DNA of 64,000 nucleotides from an uncultured virus (IMG/VR IMGVR_UViG_3300025120_000032) (taxonomy: Duplodnaviria; Heunggongvirae; Uroviricota; Caudoviricetes), in the IMG/VR virus record IMGVR_UViG_3300025120_000032. The stretch is one strand, 5' to 3'. The translations under genes were made by a program, and so were the position numbers. How positions within the stretch are numbered: position 1 is the stretch's first letter; the number at the start of each line of letters is the position of its first letter. The notes under the pieces were generated by a model, which was given only the letters and a program-made list of their open reading frames with translations, searched no databases and had not been told where the DNA came from. Below are positions 9,540 through 18,683 of this stretch, piece by piece.

Positions 9540-10132
9540 AAAAAGCCACTCAAGTCGGAATCAACAGAAACATTTTTCTTGAGCCGCTTGGTAGCCTTCT
9601 TTTCTTCTTTAGCAAATATTTTAAATTCATCATCTTTCTCTTTCACTTTATCAATACGTCCTTTTAACGTGTTTATAAACGCACCAGCAACATGAGTTCC
9701 AGTGTCGTTATTGCTCATAATATATTCTTCTATACCAGAAGATGCCATATACTTTAACTTAACATCTTGCTGTTTCTTTTCCTTGGCTATGCGTCTTAGA
9801 AATGCATACCAAGATATTTGTGTGAAGTAAGCAAACGCATTAGGGTTACCAGTGCGAGTAGCCGCTTCAATATTATAATTCTCAATGGCTTTAAGACAGT
9901 TCTCTACAGCATCCATAACCATCTCTTCACGATAGGTATACCGAATGAAGTTAGACTTGTGCGATAATCCTTCGCATATTTTTAGGAAGCAACTAGCTAT
10001 GTAATCAGGTACAATAGGTAACGCAATTTCAGTTTTTTTAGCTTCCGCTAGTTCAGTACAATATACTACAACAGCCTGAGAGAACTCTTTGTTGTTCACA
10101 TAATGAATACTTTTTCGCTTAGTTCGTGCCAT
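9536..10132 (-). CDS. g55: Late-transcription sigma factor gp55
   Basis: HYVNNKEF, NFIRYTYREEM, NAFAYFTQI..AFLRRI.KEKKQ. Confidence 0.93.
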   Translation of the reverse strand: MARTKRKSIHYVNNKEFSQAVVVYCTELAEAKKTEIALPIVPDYIASCFLKICEGLSHKSNFIRYTYREEMVMDAVENCLKAIENYNIEAATRTGNPNAFAYFTQISWYAFLRRIAKEKKQQDVKLKYMASSGIEEYIMSNNDTGTHVAGAFINTLKGRIDKVKEKDDEFKIFAKEEKKATKRLKKNVSVDSDLSGFL

Positions 10133-10154
10133 TATAAATCCTTCAATTCATTAG

Positions 10155-10183
10155 AGTATAGCATATATTTTTATTAGCGTCAA
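10155..10183 (-). promoter_or_regulatory. Sigma70-type promoter for gp55-gp47-gp46
   Basis: Minus strand TTGACG-N17-TATACT, about 22 nt before the gp55 start. Confidence 0.75.
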
Positions 10184-10197
10184 GTGTAAAAAAAGAC

Positions 10198-10226
10198 TTG
10201 ACGAATCACCAAAAGGTGTATATAAT
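10198..10226 (+). promoter_or_regulatory. Divergent sigma70-type promoter, antisense to the lipase/uvsW genes
   Basis: Plus strand TTGACG-N17-TATAAT. Confidence 0.65.
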
Positions 10227-10258
10227 TAAAGAGTAGGCTTTGAGGAGTAGAGAATACC

Positions 10259-11014
10259 CTAGTCTATTGCTTTGATGTGTTTGATATATTCTGTCATGGA
10301 ATGATCACTAAAGTTATCAACTTTACCTTTTTTCAAACCCATCCACATACCATTCAACTTATCTTTAACTCTTTGCCATTTGGTCAGACTAACATACTTA
10401 CCATATGCATTTATATAGTGTTGTGTTCCATGGTGAACATATCCCATCAACCGTAGAGGAACTGTAGTGACGATATCATTATTATTCTTCCACCTATGAT
10501 GGACTACAGATAAACTTTTAACATACCTTCTCCAACCTACACGAGGAGATCCGTATGTGTATAGTTCTTGAGGGTTAGGAACCTTATCATTGAAATGACA
10601 CCTACTTGCCATAATAGTAGCCATCGCCGCTCCTAAAGAATGACCACAGAACCAAAGTTCTCTTTTACCCTTTAAGCCCATTATGTCAGCCATAACTCTA
10701 GGCCACAGCATATCCACTTCATCCTTAAAGCCTCTGTGAACTCTACTAAGAGTTTCTGCTATCACTGGCATTGCTTTTAGATCAGCACTGATATCATTGA
10801 ACTCTGTAGGTTGTGTACCACGACAAGCAATAACCAGATCAGTCTTATTACCAAACCTATATGCCTGTGCTCCATCCTTATCATAAAATTCTACAGTTGT
10901 AAAACCTAACTTCTTCGCTTCAGTTTTAACTTTGCTTGGTTTGTTGTAAGATATGCTTGCAAGCTTTGCGAATAGGAGAGATCTCTCTTTGAAATTTAGT
11001 TTTTGTATGCTCAT
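10259..11014 (-). CDS. Class 3 lipase (alpha/beta hydrolase)
   Basis: IACRGT, VHRGF, GHSLG nucleophile motif, YTYGSPRVG, NNDIVTTVP, DHSM. Start moved to MSIQKL (11014), which has a GAAGGA SD. Confidence 0.88.
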   Translation of the reverse strand: MSIQKLNFKERSLLFAKLASISYNKPSKVKTEAKKLGFTTVEFYDKDGAQAYRFGNKTDLVIACRGTQPTEFNDISADLKAMPVIAETLSRVHRGFKDEVDMLWPRVMADIMGLKGKRELWFCGHSLGAAMATIMASRCHFNDKVPNPQELYTYGSPRVGWRRYVKSLSVVHHRWKNNNDIVTTVPLRLMGYVHHGTQHYINAYGKYVSLTKWQRVKDKLNGMWMGLKKGKVDNFSDHSMTEYIKHIKAID

Positions 11015-11024
11015 GTCATTTCCT

Positions 11025-11450
11025 TCAATGCATTTTGTTTCTGGGAGTTGGGAATGATAGCACATTAGGACTATCTGAATCGTGATATAATTCCATACCA
11101 TCACGCATCTCTTTTAGTTTTTCAACATACTCACCCACTTTTTCTATTAGTTCTTCTTCTGATAGTTCGTTATTATCTATTGCTTCTTTATAATTTTTTA
11201 CCATTATAAGATCTGGATTGGCTTCTCCAACAAGATGATTACCCTCTAAAGAGATAAACATATCACCACCTTCTTGCAAAGCCATCCAAGGTCTAAAGGT
11301 ATAATACCTATTACCGTTTTTATCAAAGGTAGTTCTTAGTTGTAAGACCCTACGAACAACTAGTCCACTGAAATCATCAGTAGGCCATTCTAGAACTTCG
11401 CAGATTATTTCATCTCCGCTAACTAACTTGAATTGTTTTATTTCATTCAT
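11025..11450 (-). CDS. Conserved T4-like hypothetical protein downstream of uvsW
   Basis: FKLVSGDEIICEV N-terminus and position after uvsW. Confidence 0.7.
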   Translation of the reverse strand: MNEIKQFKLVSGDEIICEVLEWPTDDFSGLVVRRVLQLRTTFDKNGNRYYTFRPWMALQEGGDMFISLEGNHLVGEANPDLIMVKNYKEAIDNNELSEEELIEKVGEYVEKLKEMRDGMELYHDSDSPNVLSFPTPRNKMH

Positions 11451-12937
11451 TATATATCTACCTTGACAATTTTATATTTGAACTGTTCTTTTTCATATAT
11501 CTTCACTCTTTCTGCGGAGTGTAGTAGTGTGTAATTTTTTTGAGCCTTCCAATGTAGATCATCTGCTACATCAAATAACCTAGTCGTTCTTCCATCATCA
11601 GACTGTCTTAGTCCACGTCCAATACTCTGTAGCACTCTTATCTGCGATTTACTTGGTGAAGCAAATATTATATTATGCAGATTGCGAATGTTAATACCAG
11701 TGCTGAAAGTTCCCAATGATGCAACAATTATCGAATCCTTTTGTTTTTCTACGATCTTCCTTATGGCTTCCCTGTCATTAGTCTTCACGTCACCACTAAC
11801 AAAAAATACTTTTCTATTAGAATCAATCTTATCACGCATCATCTCAAAGAGTGGTTTTCCATGATCTGCCACACGATTGTATAATACAAGAGTGTTTCCT
11901 TCACAAGATAAAGCCAGATTAGTGATAAGCTTATTACGAGAAGGGTTTCCAATGATGAAGTCAATTTCTTCCTGATATGTTTTTTTACCAAAGTTTTTCC
12001 TGACTTCTTTTGAATAATTTAATAGAAGCACCTTTATAGTTAAATCAGCAAGTGTGCTATCGTCTTGCAATGCTTTAGTCGTAGTAACCTTATACACTGG
12101 TCCGAATAGACCTTCTAGTACAAGTTTGTGTGTCAGTGTGCCATCAAGAGTTCCCGTAGTGCCAAATCTATATTTTGCTTCAGTCGCTTTATTCATAATA
12201 GATGATAGCGACTTAGATTTAAACCCGTGGCACTCATCACCGATAACCATTCCAAACTGTTCAAACCACTTCTTAGGGTATTTATATATGCTCTGCCAAG
12301 TAGATATTATGATAGCCTTATCAGTATTCTTATCTTTCCCTGAGTATATTCTGTGCATACCATCTTCAGACATACCATAGTCTACAAAGTCTTGGTGCAT
12401 TTGTTCTACTAAAGATGTTGTTGGAACGATGATAAGAACTCTTCCACCCTTTGGATATGATAACCCATTAGACAAATGATATAACCAATACTTTGCTAGG
12501 ATGTATATTATAAAAGACTTACCAGAACCTGTTGGTGACAAAAGTATGCCTCTACTGCGCTCTAAAGCCTTTAGAACGGCATCATACTGGTATTCTCTGG
12601 GCATGAAGGGTAAGTTATCATTTTCGAGGTAATGATTTAAATCAGTGATCTTATCTTTAACTAGAGGGAAACCATACTTAGTTTCTTCTGTATCTAAAGT
12701 ATAACCACGCTCTTGACAAAACTTTATTAGATACACATAAAGTCCAGCATTCAATTCGCCTGTCATACGGTTGAATAACTTTATCTTGCCATCCCATATC
12801 TTATTCTTATAGGCTGGCATAAACTTGTATCCCGGAACGTAAAAAGAAAAGTAATCAGATAGTTCATATGCAAAGCCACCTTCGCAATCAACATACATCA
12901 TACTATAGTCTTTTAACTTAACGGTTATGTCAGCCAT
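11450..12937 (-). CDS. uvsW: DNA helicase UvsW
   Basis: WDGKIKLF, SPTGSGKS, DECH, QSIGRGLR (SF2 helicase motifs). Confidence 0.95.
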   Translation of the reverse strand: MADITVKLKDYSMMYVDCEGGFAYELSDYFSFYVPGYKFMPAYKNKIWDGKIKLFNRMTGELNAGLYVYLIKFCQERGYTLDTEETKYGFPLVKDKITDLNHYLENDNLPFMPREYQYDAVLKALERSRGILLSPTGSGKSFIIYILAKYWLYHLSNGLSYPKGGRVLIIVPTTSLVEQMHQDFVDYGMSEDGMHRIYSGKDKNTDKAIIISTWQSIYKYPKKWFEQFGMVIGDECHGFKSKSLSSIMNKATEAKYRFGTTGTLDGTLTHKLVLEGLFGPVYKVTTTKALQDDSTLADLTIKVLLLNYSKEVRKNFGKKTYQEEIDFIIGNPSRNKLITNLALSCEGNTLVLYNRVADHGKPLFEMMRDKIDSNRKVFFVSGDVKTNDREAIRKIVEKQKDSIIVASLGTFSTGINIRNLHNIIFASPSKSQIRVLQSIGRGLRQSDDGRTTRLFDVADDLHWKAQKNYTLLHSAERVKIYEKEQFKYKIVKVDI

Positions 12938-13601
12938 TTTCTTTTAGTTCTCTATACTGTTCACGTACACTCATAAACTCTTTTAGGTAATCGTGTGTGT
13001 TAACAGTGAAGATCTGTGGGTGATCGTGGTCTACAGCAATCATAATAACACCCTGCTTGATAGGAACACCTGTTCGCTCATAGAAAGCCGCCGCATAAAA
13101 AGATGCTTGGATAAAATAGTTAGTGACCCACTCTATCTTTTTAGGCTTACGTGATGTTTTGAAATCTATTACAGATAGTTCTCCATTGTATTCAGCAATA
13201 CAATCTACTTGTCCAGCACACTTAAGTCTGTCACTATAAAGGTATTCTTCTTGAAACCAAACGTTGTCTACTCTGTCATCCATTATATCTTTGAGATGAC
13301 TAAAGGTGAATAGGTTATTGGGCATAGCATCCTTATCCCAATCATCTACATTGTCCAGATAATCTTCTGCTAACTTGTGGACAGAAGTTCCTCTGGTAGC
13401 CGCTTGAAGAGAGATCTTATTGGCTTCTTCAGCACCAACTCTCTTGCGCCATGCTATGATACTATCTTTACTGAGGATACTAAGAACTGTTGTTATAGAA
13501 GGATACGCATTGCCTTCTGGAGTGAAATACTTACGCCCACCCTTACTTGTCTTCCTAGTCATTTTTGGTAAACTAATACCGTGATCTACATGATTAAACA
13601 T
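12930..13601 (-). CDS. PD-(D/E)XK exonuclease
   Basis: YPSITTVL, RGTSVH, GQVDCIA...IDFKTS. Confidence 0.85.
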   Translation of the reverse strand: MFNHVDHGISLPKMTRKTSKGGRKYFTPEGNAYPSITTVLSILSKDSIIAWRKRVGAEEANKISLQAATRGTSVHKLAEDYLDNVDDWDKDAMPNNLFTFSHLKDIMDDRVDNVWFQEEYLYSDRLKCAGQVDCIAEYNGELSVIDFKTSRKPKKIEWVTNYFIQASFYAAAFYERTGVPIKQGVIMIAVDHDHPQIFTVNTHDYLKEFMSVREQYRELKENG

Positions 13602-14047
13602 TATCCACCCGCTTCAAATACTTTCCATTTTATAATATTACCAATAGTTTGATGCCGCCACTTAAGAGCATCTACTATGTCTGTGGTTGTATTTATAAGG
13701 GTCTTTAAGTACTCTATTTTCATCTCAGACTCTTGGATCTCAATATCAGAGTCGTAGTAATAGTTCATATCGCCCTTAAGGATCTTAAGACCGTTGAGAG
13801 GATCATAGTCCCAGCCACGGGCTTCTATTTCTTCTTGGTCCATCTTACCATTATAGTATAGCCACTTGTTCTTAAGTAAAATCTTTTGATCCATCTCTGT
13901 CTTCTTAAGACGCAACTTAGCATTCGCCAAGACTTCAAGATACTTGGCATGATGCTTTGGAGTTGAGCGAGAGGTCTCTGCTAAATCATTTCTAGGGATT
14001 TGACAATCTTCTTGCCAAGCCGCAATGACTTCTTCTAATGTTTTCAT
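13601..14047 (-). CDS. uvsY: Recombination mediator UvsY
   Basis: PKHHAKYL, WLYYNGK, I.N.IKW..F.AG; synteny with uvsW. Confidence 0.88.
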   Translation of the reverse strand: MKTLEEVIAAWQEDCQIPRNDLAETSRSTPKHHAKYLEVLANAKLRLKKTEMDQKILLKNKWLYYNGKMDQEEIEARGWDYDPLNGLKILKGDMNYYYDSDIEIQESEMKIEYLKTLINTTTDIVDALKWRHQTIGNIIKWKVFEAGG

Positions 14048-14063
14048 AATATACTTTCGTTTG

Positions 14064-14606
14064 TTACTTCAGTTCAAAATAAGAAAATCTAAATGATGCT
14101 GGGAATGTTATGAAAGATACGTCACCTGATGTAGATTCTAATGTCATGTCACCAAGACTTGTCGGGATACAATCAATGTATCTGATCTGTCTAACCTTGT
14201 TATTATTACTACTTAGAATGTTTAAAGTAATATCAGCATATGTAGGTGGCTTAGAGGATGTCCTATACAAAGGTGTGTTATCTTGTAGTTCTATAGTTCT
14301 CTCCAACCATTTATACATCTCTGTATAAGCATTAAGATTTTCGTCAACTATTATCATAGCAGTTAATTCACCAAATGTCAACTTATCTCCAGCAAAAGGT
14401 ATAGAAGAAATTCTCTTATATGGGACTTCTACGGGGTTAGATGACAACGATGGATGCATAACAGTCTGACAAAAGAACTCTAGGTTCTGAAAATGCTTGT
14501 GATCAATAGTAAGTTTAAAAGCATTTGGTTGCAAGTAGTTAACATTATTCAACGCTGAAGCTGATGTTGTGGTATCTACCGCTAATGTTGGATTTAATGT
14601 AGGCAT
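14064..14606 (-). CDS. g3: Tail completion/sheath stabilizer gp3
   Basis: NYLQPNAF, FFCQ, GDKLTFGEL...VDENL..Y.E.YKW. Confidence 0.85.
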   Translation of the reverse strand: MPTLNPTLAVDTTTSASALNNVNYLQPNAFKLTIDHKHFQNLEFFCQTVMHPSLSSNPVEVPYKRISSIPFAGDKLTFGELTAMIIVDENLNAYTEMYKWLERTIELQDNTPLYRTSSKPPTYADITLNILSSNNNKVRQIRYIDCIPTSLGDMTLESTSGDVSFITFPASFRFSYFELK

Positions 14607-14636
14607 AAGTTGTTCCTAAAAAACTCTGTATAACTG

Positions 14637-14644
14637 TATTTATA
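14637..14644 (-). promoter_or_regulatory. T4-type late promoter
   Basis: TATAAATA on the minus strand upstream of gp3. Confidence 0.75.
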
Positions 14645-14647
14645 CCC

Positions 14648-14677
14648 TTGACACAGGCTCTTTTATATGTTAATAAT
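14648..14677 (+). promoter_or_regulatory. Putative sigma70-type promoter for the plus-strand ORF
   Basis: TTGACA followed after 17 nt by TAATAAT (imperfect -10). Confidence 0.5.
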
Positions 14678-14707
14678 AGTATGTAAGCAATAGAAAAGGC
14701 GAATCAT

Positions 14708-15052
14708 ATGACACAGTTTGTGAAATCTAAGTTTAGTTATCACGGTGGTTACTTAATGTATAGAGGTGATTATGAGGGCAGACCAGTATATCCTGATGAC
14801 ATCCACGTCCACCCTACTATGGTTGGACGTGGTGCTGATCTGTTTATCGCACGTTTCAAGCATAGGGGTGCTCCTGTCACTAAGTCACAGTTTATGAAAG
14901 AACTTTGTGAGTCTTTTACTGTTGAAGAGTATGCAGTTGCTACTTCTGACAAAAGTAATTTAGGTTCTTCTCCTATTAATGTTCTGAAGGATAATAACCC
15001 TGAGTGGTATGAGAACATTATGAGCAAATGGTTAATGAAACAGGCCGCATAA
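14708..15052 (+). CDS. Hypothetical protein, the only credible plus-strand gene
   Basis: 114-aa ORF filling the gp23-gp3 gap, with its own promoter, an AAAGG SD and a terminator. Confidence 0.75.
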   Translation: MTQFVKSKFSYHGGYLMYRGDYEGRPVYPDDIHVHPTMVGRGADLFIARFKHRGAPVTKSQFMKELCESFTVEEYAVATSDKSNLGSSPINVLKDNNPEWYENIMSKWLMKQAA

Positions 15053-15084
15053 AAAAAGCGCACCATCAGGCCAGACGATGCGCT
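15051..15084 (-). terminator. Intrinsic terminator after gp23
   Basis: Minus strand AGCGCATCGTC-loop-GATGGTGCGCT stem (with G-U pairs) followed by a T run. Confidence 0.75.
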
Positions 15085-15090
15085 AGTTGC

Positions 15091-15116
15091 GGGGGGGTTT
15101 AATCCCCCCCTTTTTT
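15091..15116 (+). terminator. Intrinsic terminator for the plus-strand ORF
   Basis: GGGGGGG-TTTAAT-CCCCCCC followed by TTTTTT. Confidence 0.75.
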
Positions 15117-15126
15117 ATATTTAAAT

Positions 15127-16467
15127 CTATGTGAGAATGTTGTCTACACGGAAGATTCTGTAGTACTGGTTAGTACGTGCAGTTGCAAGACCATCAGCGG
15201 GTGCGGCACCTACGAATGGGTTAGACGCCATGCCATAACGAGTTTTGAACCCGATACGTGGCTGGAAGTCGTTCTCACCTACGGCACGAACCATTGTTAA
15301 AGGTACATATGGGCAATAGAATACACCAGCGTCATATGGGTTAGAACCTTTATAGCCTACGTTGATGTAGTCGGAAGTTGCATATGGGTCAATATATACC
15401 CGAATACGACCATTCAACACACCAGCGAAAGTGTTACCTGTGTCATCAACATTTAAGTTTGTTGACAATGCTGGAGAATAATCCAACATACCAGAAGCGG
15501 CAAGTGCAGAAGCTACGTCTGAAGAACAGATAATAAAGTTACCTTTTCCTCTTCGTGTTTCTTTTGCAATCACGTTAGCTTCACGATCAAGCTGTACGCC
15601 TAGACCTTTGAACTTCTCAGCACTCCAACGACCATCAGCATCGCTTGACAAGTCGAAGATACCTTTTACAGTAACGTTAGCTTGACGTGCGCCGATTTTG
15701 GCTTGGCTGTTGATTGTACGGATAACTTCACGGTTAATTTCCGCAAGGATCTCAGTTGACAGAATGTTGGCTAACTCTGTTTCAGCGTCAAGACCATGAA
15801 TTGCTTTCAAGTCTTGTGCTAATTCTAGAGTGTACTCAGCTTTCAAAGCACGTGACTTTGCGGTCACTGTTGCTTTTTCAATGCTGAAGCCCATTTCTGA
15901 GAATGCTTCACCACCAGATGTGCCTAAACCTTCAGCTTCCGCTGTAGTATATGCATCACCAGTGTAAGGTACATTTGCTGAACCAGAGTCAACGATAGAA
16001 CCGCCGCCATCTGTATCAGTTACACCAGCAAGACCTGAAGGTGAACCGTTACCAGTTGTTGCTGAGTCACCAGAGAAGCCTACTGCCGCTTCGTTGAATA
16101 GTGCCTCATCACCGACTGCTACGCCAGCTTTACTTGTTTTGTAGTTTGACTTCATTGCGAAGATCAAGCCTGTTGGACCTGACATTGGCTGAACACCAGC
16201 AACGTCATATGCCATCATGTTTGGCATCGCACGTCTGACGAGTGAAATCAGAATTGGGTTCCAGTTGTCAGCCGCACCTGTTGCGGCAGTACCAGCACCA
16301 GCGGCGTTAGCCGCTACTTCTTGTAAACCTTGCTCTTGCAGGGCTTTCTCAGTGTTCTCTAGAACAGCCGCCGTAACAGAACGCTTGTGAGCATCGGTAA
16401 TAGAACCCGCTGACTCTTCGTTCAATACTGGTGACCACTTCTCTACGAGACGATCATAAGTTTCCAT
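15127..16467 (-). CDS. g23: Major capsid protein gp23
   Basis: LISLVRRAMP, GVQPMSGPTGLIFAM, SRALKAEYTLELAQDLKAIHGLDAE, GFKTRYG. Confidence 0.98.
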   Translation of the reverse strand: METYDRLVEKWSPVLNEESAGSITDAHKRSVTAAVLENTEKALQEQGLQEVAANAAGAGTAATGAADNWNPILISLVRRAMPNMMAYDVAGVQPMSGPTGLIFAMKSNYKTSKAGVAVGDEALFNEAAVGFSGDSATTGNGSPSGLAGVTDTDGGGSIVDSGSANVPYTGDAYTTAEAEGLGTSGGEAFSEMGFSIEKATVTAKSRALKAEYTLELAQDLKAIHGLDAETELANILSTEILAEINREVIRTINSQAKIGARQANVTVKGIFDLSSDADGRWSAEKFKGLGVQLDREANVIAKETRRGKGNFIICSSDVASALAASGMLDYSPALSTNLNVDDTGNTFAGVLNGRIRVYIDPYATSDYINVGYKGSNPYDAGVFYCPYVPLTMVRAVGENDFQPRIGFKTRYGMASNPFVGAAPADGLATARTNQYYRIFRVDNILT

Positions 16468-16484
16468 AATTGGATCTCCTTAAC

Positions 16485-17441
16485 TTACTTAGTTGTTTTT
16501 CTTATTGCGTTTAGGTAACTTTCCATTGCCGCTGAAGTTTCTACAGTGTCATCCGCTGTATCATCTTCTGTTTCTTCTGCGATAATAGATGTTGCAGTTT
16601 TCTGTGAGAAATATGATTCTTTCAGAGTTGCCACTTTATTAGTGAAAGCCTCTTCTGATTCAAAATCAACAGATTCTGCTAGTTTGGCAAGCTTTTCAAC
16701 CTGAGTTTCTGCTAGATCCTTAGAAGCTTCACGAATAATCGCTTCACGCTTGTATGTTTCTAACTCTTCTGAGATTGTCATAGCTTTAGCTACTGCTTCG
16801 TTGTACTGCTCTTCCAGTTCTTCGTTTGCAGTTGCAAGTTCGTCTACTAGGTCAACTTTGGACTCAGGGACTTCAACATAAGATTCTACAAACAAGTCTT
16901 TCAACTTATCCATAAAGCCTTCTGCAATTTCTGAACGTAGTCCAGATTGTATTGCAAGTTTGTTGTCATCCATCCACTGTTCAACCACATAGTTTAGGTA
17001 GCTGTCCACTTTCTCTACAAGATCGTTTTTAGTTGTAGCAACTTCTTCTGCCAACTGATCGGCATATTCTGTTTCTAAACGATTGATCTCTGTTGAGATT
17101 TTGGATTTAACCGCTGCTTCAAAGATTACTGCTGTTTTAGCTTTAAACTCATCACTGAGTGTGGCTTCAGATTCAACAAGAGCATTCAAGTCTTCACTAA
17201 AATCTCCATCGATATCGACAGACTCGGCTTTCATTGCGCCAGCATCGCCTTTTTGCATTGGTTCGCTTGTTCCCTTATCACCCTTACGCTTCTTAGCGAC
17301 CGGGCCTTTTTTCTCAGCGGCATCAACAGATGCTACTGATTGGGCTTCAGCATTCTTAGGATCGTGAGCTTCTTTCTCTACAAGATCGGTTTCCGACTCG
17401 TCTAGAAGTTCTACATCCTGTTCTTCGATTTGATCAGCCAT
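16485..17441 (-). CDS. g22: Prohead core/scaffold gp22
   Basis: Acidic coiled coil, FKAKTAVIFEAAV, YLNYVVEQW; lies between gp21 and gp23. Start at MADQ has an AAGGAG SD. Confidence 0.9.
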   Translation of the reverse strand: MADQIEEQDVELLDESETDLVEKEAHDPKNAEAQSVASVDAAEKKGPVAKKRKGDKGTSEPMQKGDAGAMKAESVDIDGDFSEDLNALVESEATLSDEFKAKTAVIFEAAVKSKISTEINRLETEYADQLAEEVATTKNDLVEKVDSYLNYVVEQWMDDNKLAIQSGLRSEIAEGFMDKLKDLFVESYVEVPESKVDLVDELATANEELEEQYNEAVAKAMTISEELETYKREAIIREASKDLAETQVEKLAKLAESVDFESEEAFTNKVATLKESYFSQKTATSIIAEETEDDTADDTVETSAAMESYLNAIRKTTK

Positions 17442-17455
17442 GTTAGACTCCTTAA

Positions 17456-18112
17456 TCATGTTTGTTTCAATAACGAGAGGAAATTCTTGTACTCACGCAC
17501 TTGCGTCTCATAAAGATCCGCACGTGGAGCATTTTTTATTTCAGTCTCTATTCTTTCAATTTCTTGAGCTTCAATGATGCCATTATTCCAAACCCACTCT
17601 ACACCTTCCATTATCCCATTAACAAAAGCATTTGGTGCAGATGGATCTTGTACGATATCAACCGTATTAAGCATAAAATCATCTTTGACGTACATAGTTC
17701 CGTTACGTTGCTCAAGGCTACCCATACCACGAGTTGACACACCTAGTTGAACGCCGCCCTCAAGTAAACCTTTTACGATATTACCCATTGGAGTATCCAG
17801 TATTTGTGCCTTACCCACAACATCATTTCCCTTCCAAGAAAGTTCTGTGATTTTGTGGGATACTTTATCCAAGTTAACAGTTGGTCCTTCAGGGTGATTT
17901 AACTCACCAACCGCTCTGTTCTTGGAAACCTGTTCGTTCACATACTTACCAACTGCCTTTTCCATAATAGGCTTTGGATATATGCGTCCGTTTCTATTCT
18001 TTGACTCAGCTTGCATGAAGACGCCTTCAATCACATGAGATTTTGTGCCATCTTCTTTTTTCTCTACTATGCACTGAACATCTGTTTCAGTGTATTCTGT
18101 GATCAGCTTCAT
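17456..18112 (-). CDS. g21: Prohead protease gp21
   Basis: KNRNGRIYP, GELNHP, GVSTRGMGSL, DIVQDPSAPNAFV. Confidence 0.95.
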   Translation of the reverse strand: MKLITEYTETDVQCIVEKKEDGTKSHVIEGVFMQAESKNRNGRIYPKPIMEKAVGKYVNEQVSKNRAVGELNHPEGPTVNLDKVSHKITELSWKGNDVVGKAQILDTPMGNIVKGLLEGGVQLGVSTRGMGSLEQRNGTMYVKDDFMLNTVDIVQDPSAPNAFVNGIMEGVEWVWNNGIIEAQEIERIETEIKNAPRADLYETQVREYKNFLSLLKQT

Positions 18113-18116
18113 CTAA

Positions 18117-18332
18117 TTAACCTCTATATTGTTTAACAAATTCTTTAGCCATTTTCTCAGCTTCTTTCTGAGACTTATAGTCATCGAGTCTGTCACCATC
18201 TATATACACAACAAAACCGTTCTTCTCTTTATGAATCATTACGGGAAGGCCACTGATCTTTTTCTTAAAGACCATTTCACCAGAAGGTTTCCTACCAGCA
18301 AGTTCCCTCATATTTCTAAACGTTTTCGTCAT
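18117..18332 (-). CDS. Small prohead-region protein (gp68 position)
   Basis: 71-aa basic ORF between gp20 and gp21, with a late promoter upstream. Confidence 0.6.
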   Translation of the reverse strand: MTKTFRNMRELAGRKPSGEMVFKKKISGLPVMIHKEKNGFVVYIDGDRLDDYKSQKEAEKMAKEFVKQYRG

Positions 18333-18343
18333 ATTATTACCTT

Positions 18344-18351
18344 TATTTATA
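18344..18351 (-). promoter_or_regulatory. T4-type late promoter
   Basis: TATAAATA on the minus strand. Confidence 0.75.
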
Positions 18352-18377
18352 CTAAAAAGATTTTTGACATGATATAA

Positions 18378-18683
18378 TTATTCTTCTGTATCGTCTTCTT
18401 CTTCAGTATCATCGTCATCTTCATCGTCTAACTCATCTATAGCCGCATCGATATCTTCTTCAGAAGGATCATCATCATCTAATTCTTCTTCTGCGCCATT
18501 AAACATCTGAGCCGCAACAGCAATTTTTTCTTGATCTAACGCATCATCCATTTTTGCTTGTAGCAATTCGTGGAATGTAGGTGCCGCTTTAGCAAAGTCA
18601 TCATCTACTACATTCTGAATAAAGCTATTCATTTTAGCATCTTGACTCATTTCTGGCTGTTCAAGTGGTTGATCTATACTCAT
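18378..18683 (-). CDS. Acidic prohead core protein (gp67-like)
   Basis: Very acidic C-terminus, immediately downstream of the portal gene. Confidence 0.65.
   Translation of the reverse strand: MSIDQPLEQPEMSQDAKMNSFIQNVVDDDFAKAAPTFHELLQAKMDDALDQEKIAVAAQMFNGAEEELDDDDPSEEDIDAAIDELDDEDDDDTEEEDDTEE

Noticed and set aside
12930..13601. Cas4/CRISPR association of the PD-(D/E)XK nuclease
   Set aside because: No Cas4 cysteine cluster pattern, no cas genes or array; it sits in an ordinary uvsY-uvsW context.
15091..15110. G7/C7 homopolymers as a phase-variation tract
   Set aside because: They are intergenic, complementary and followed by a T run, which fits a terminator stem.
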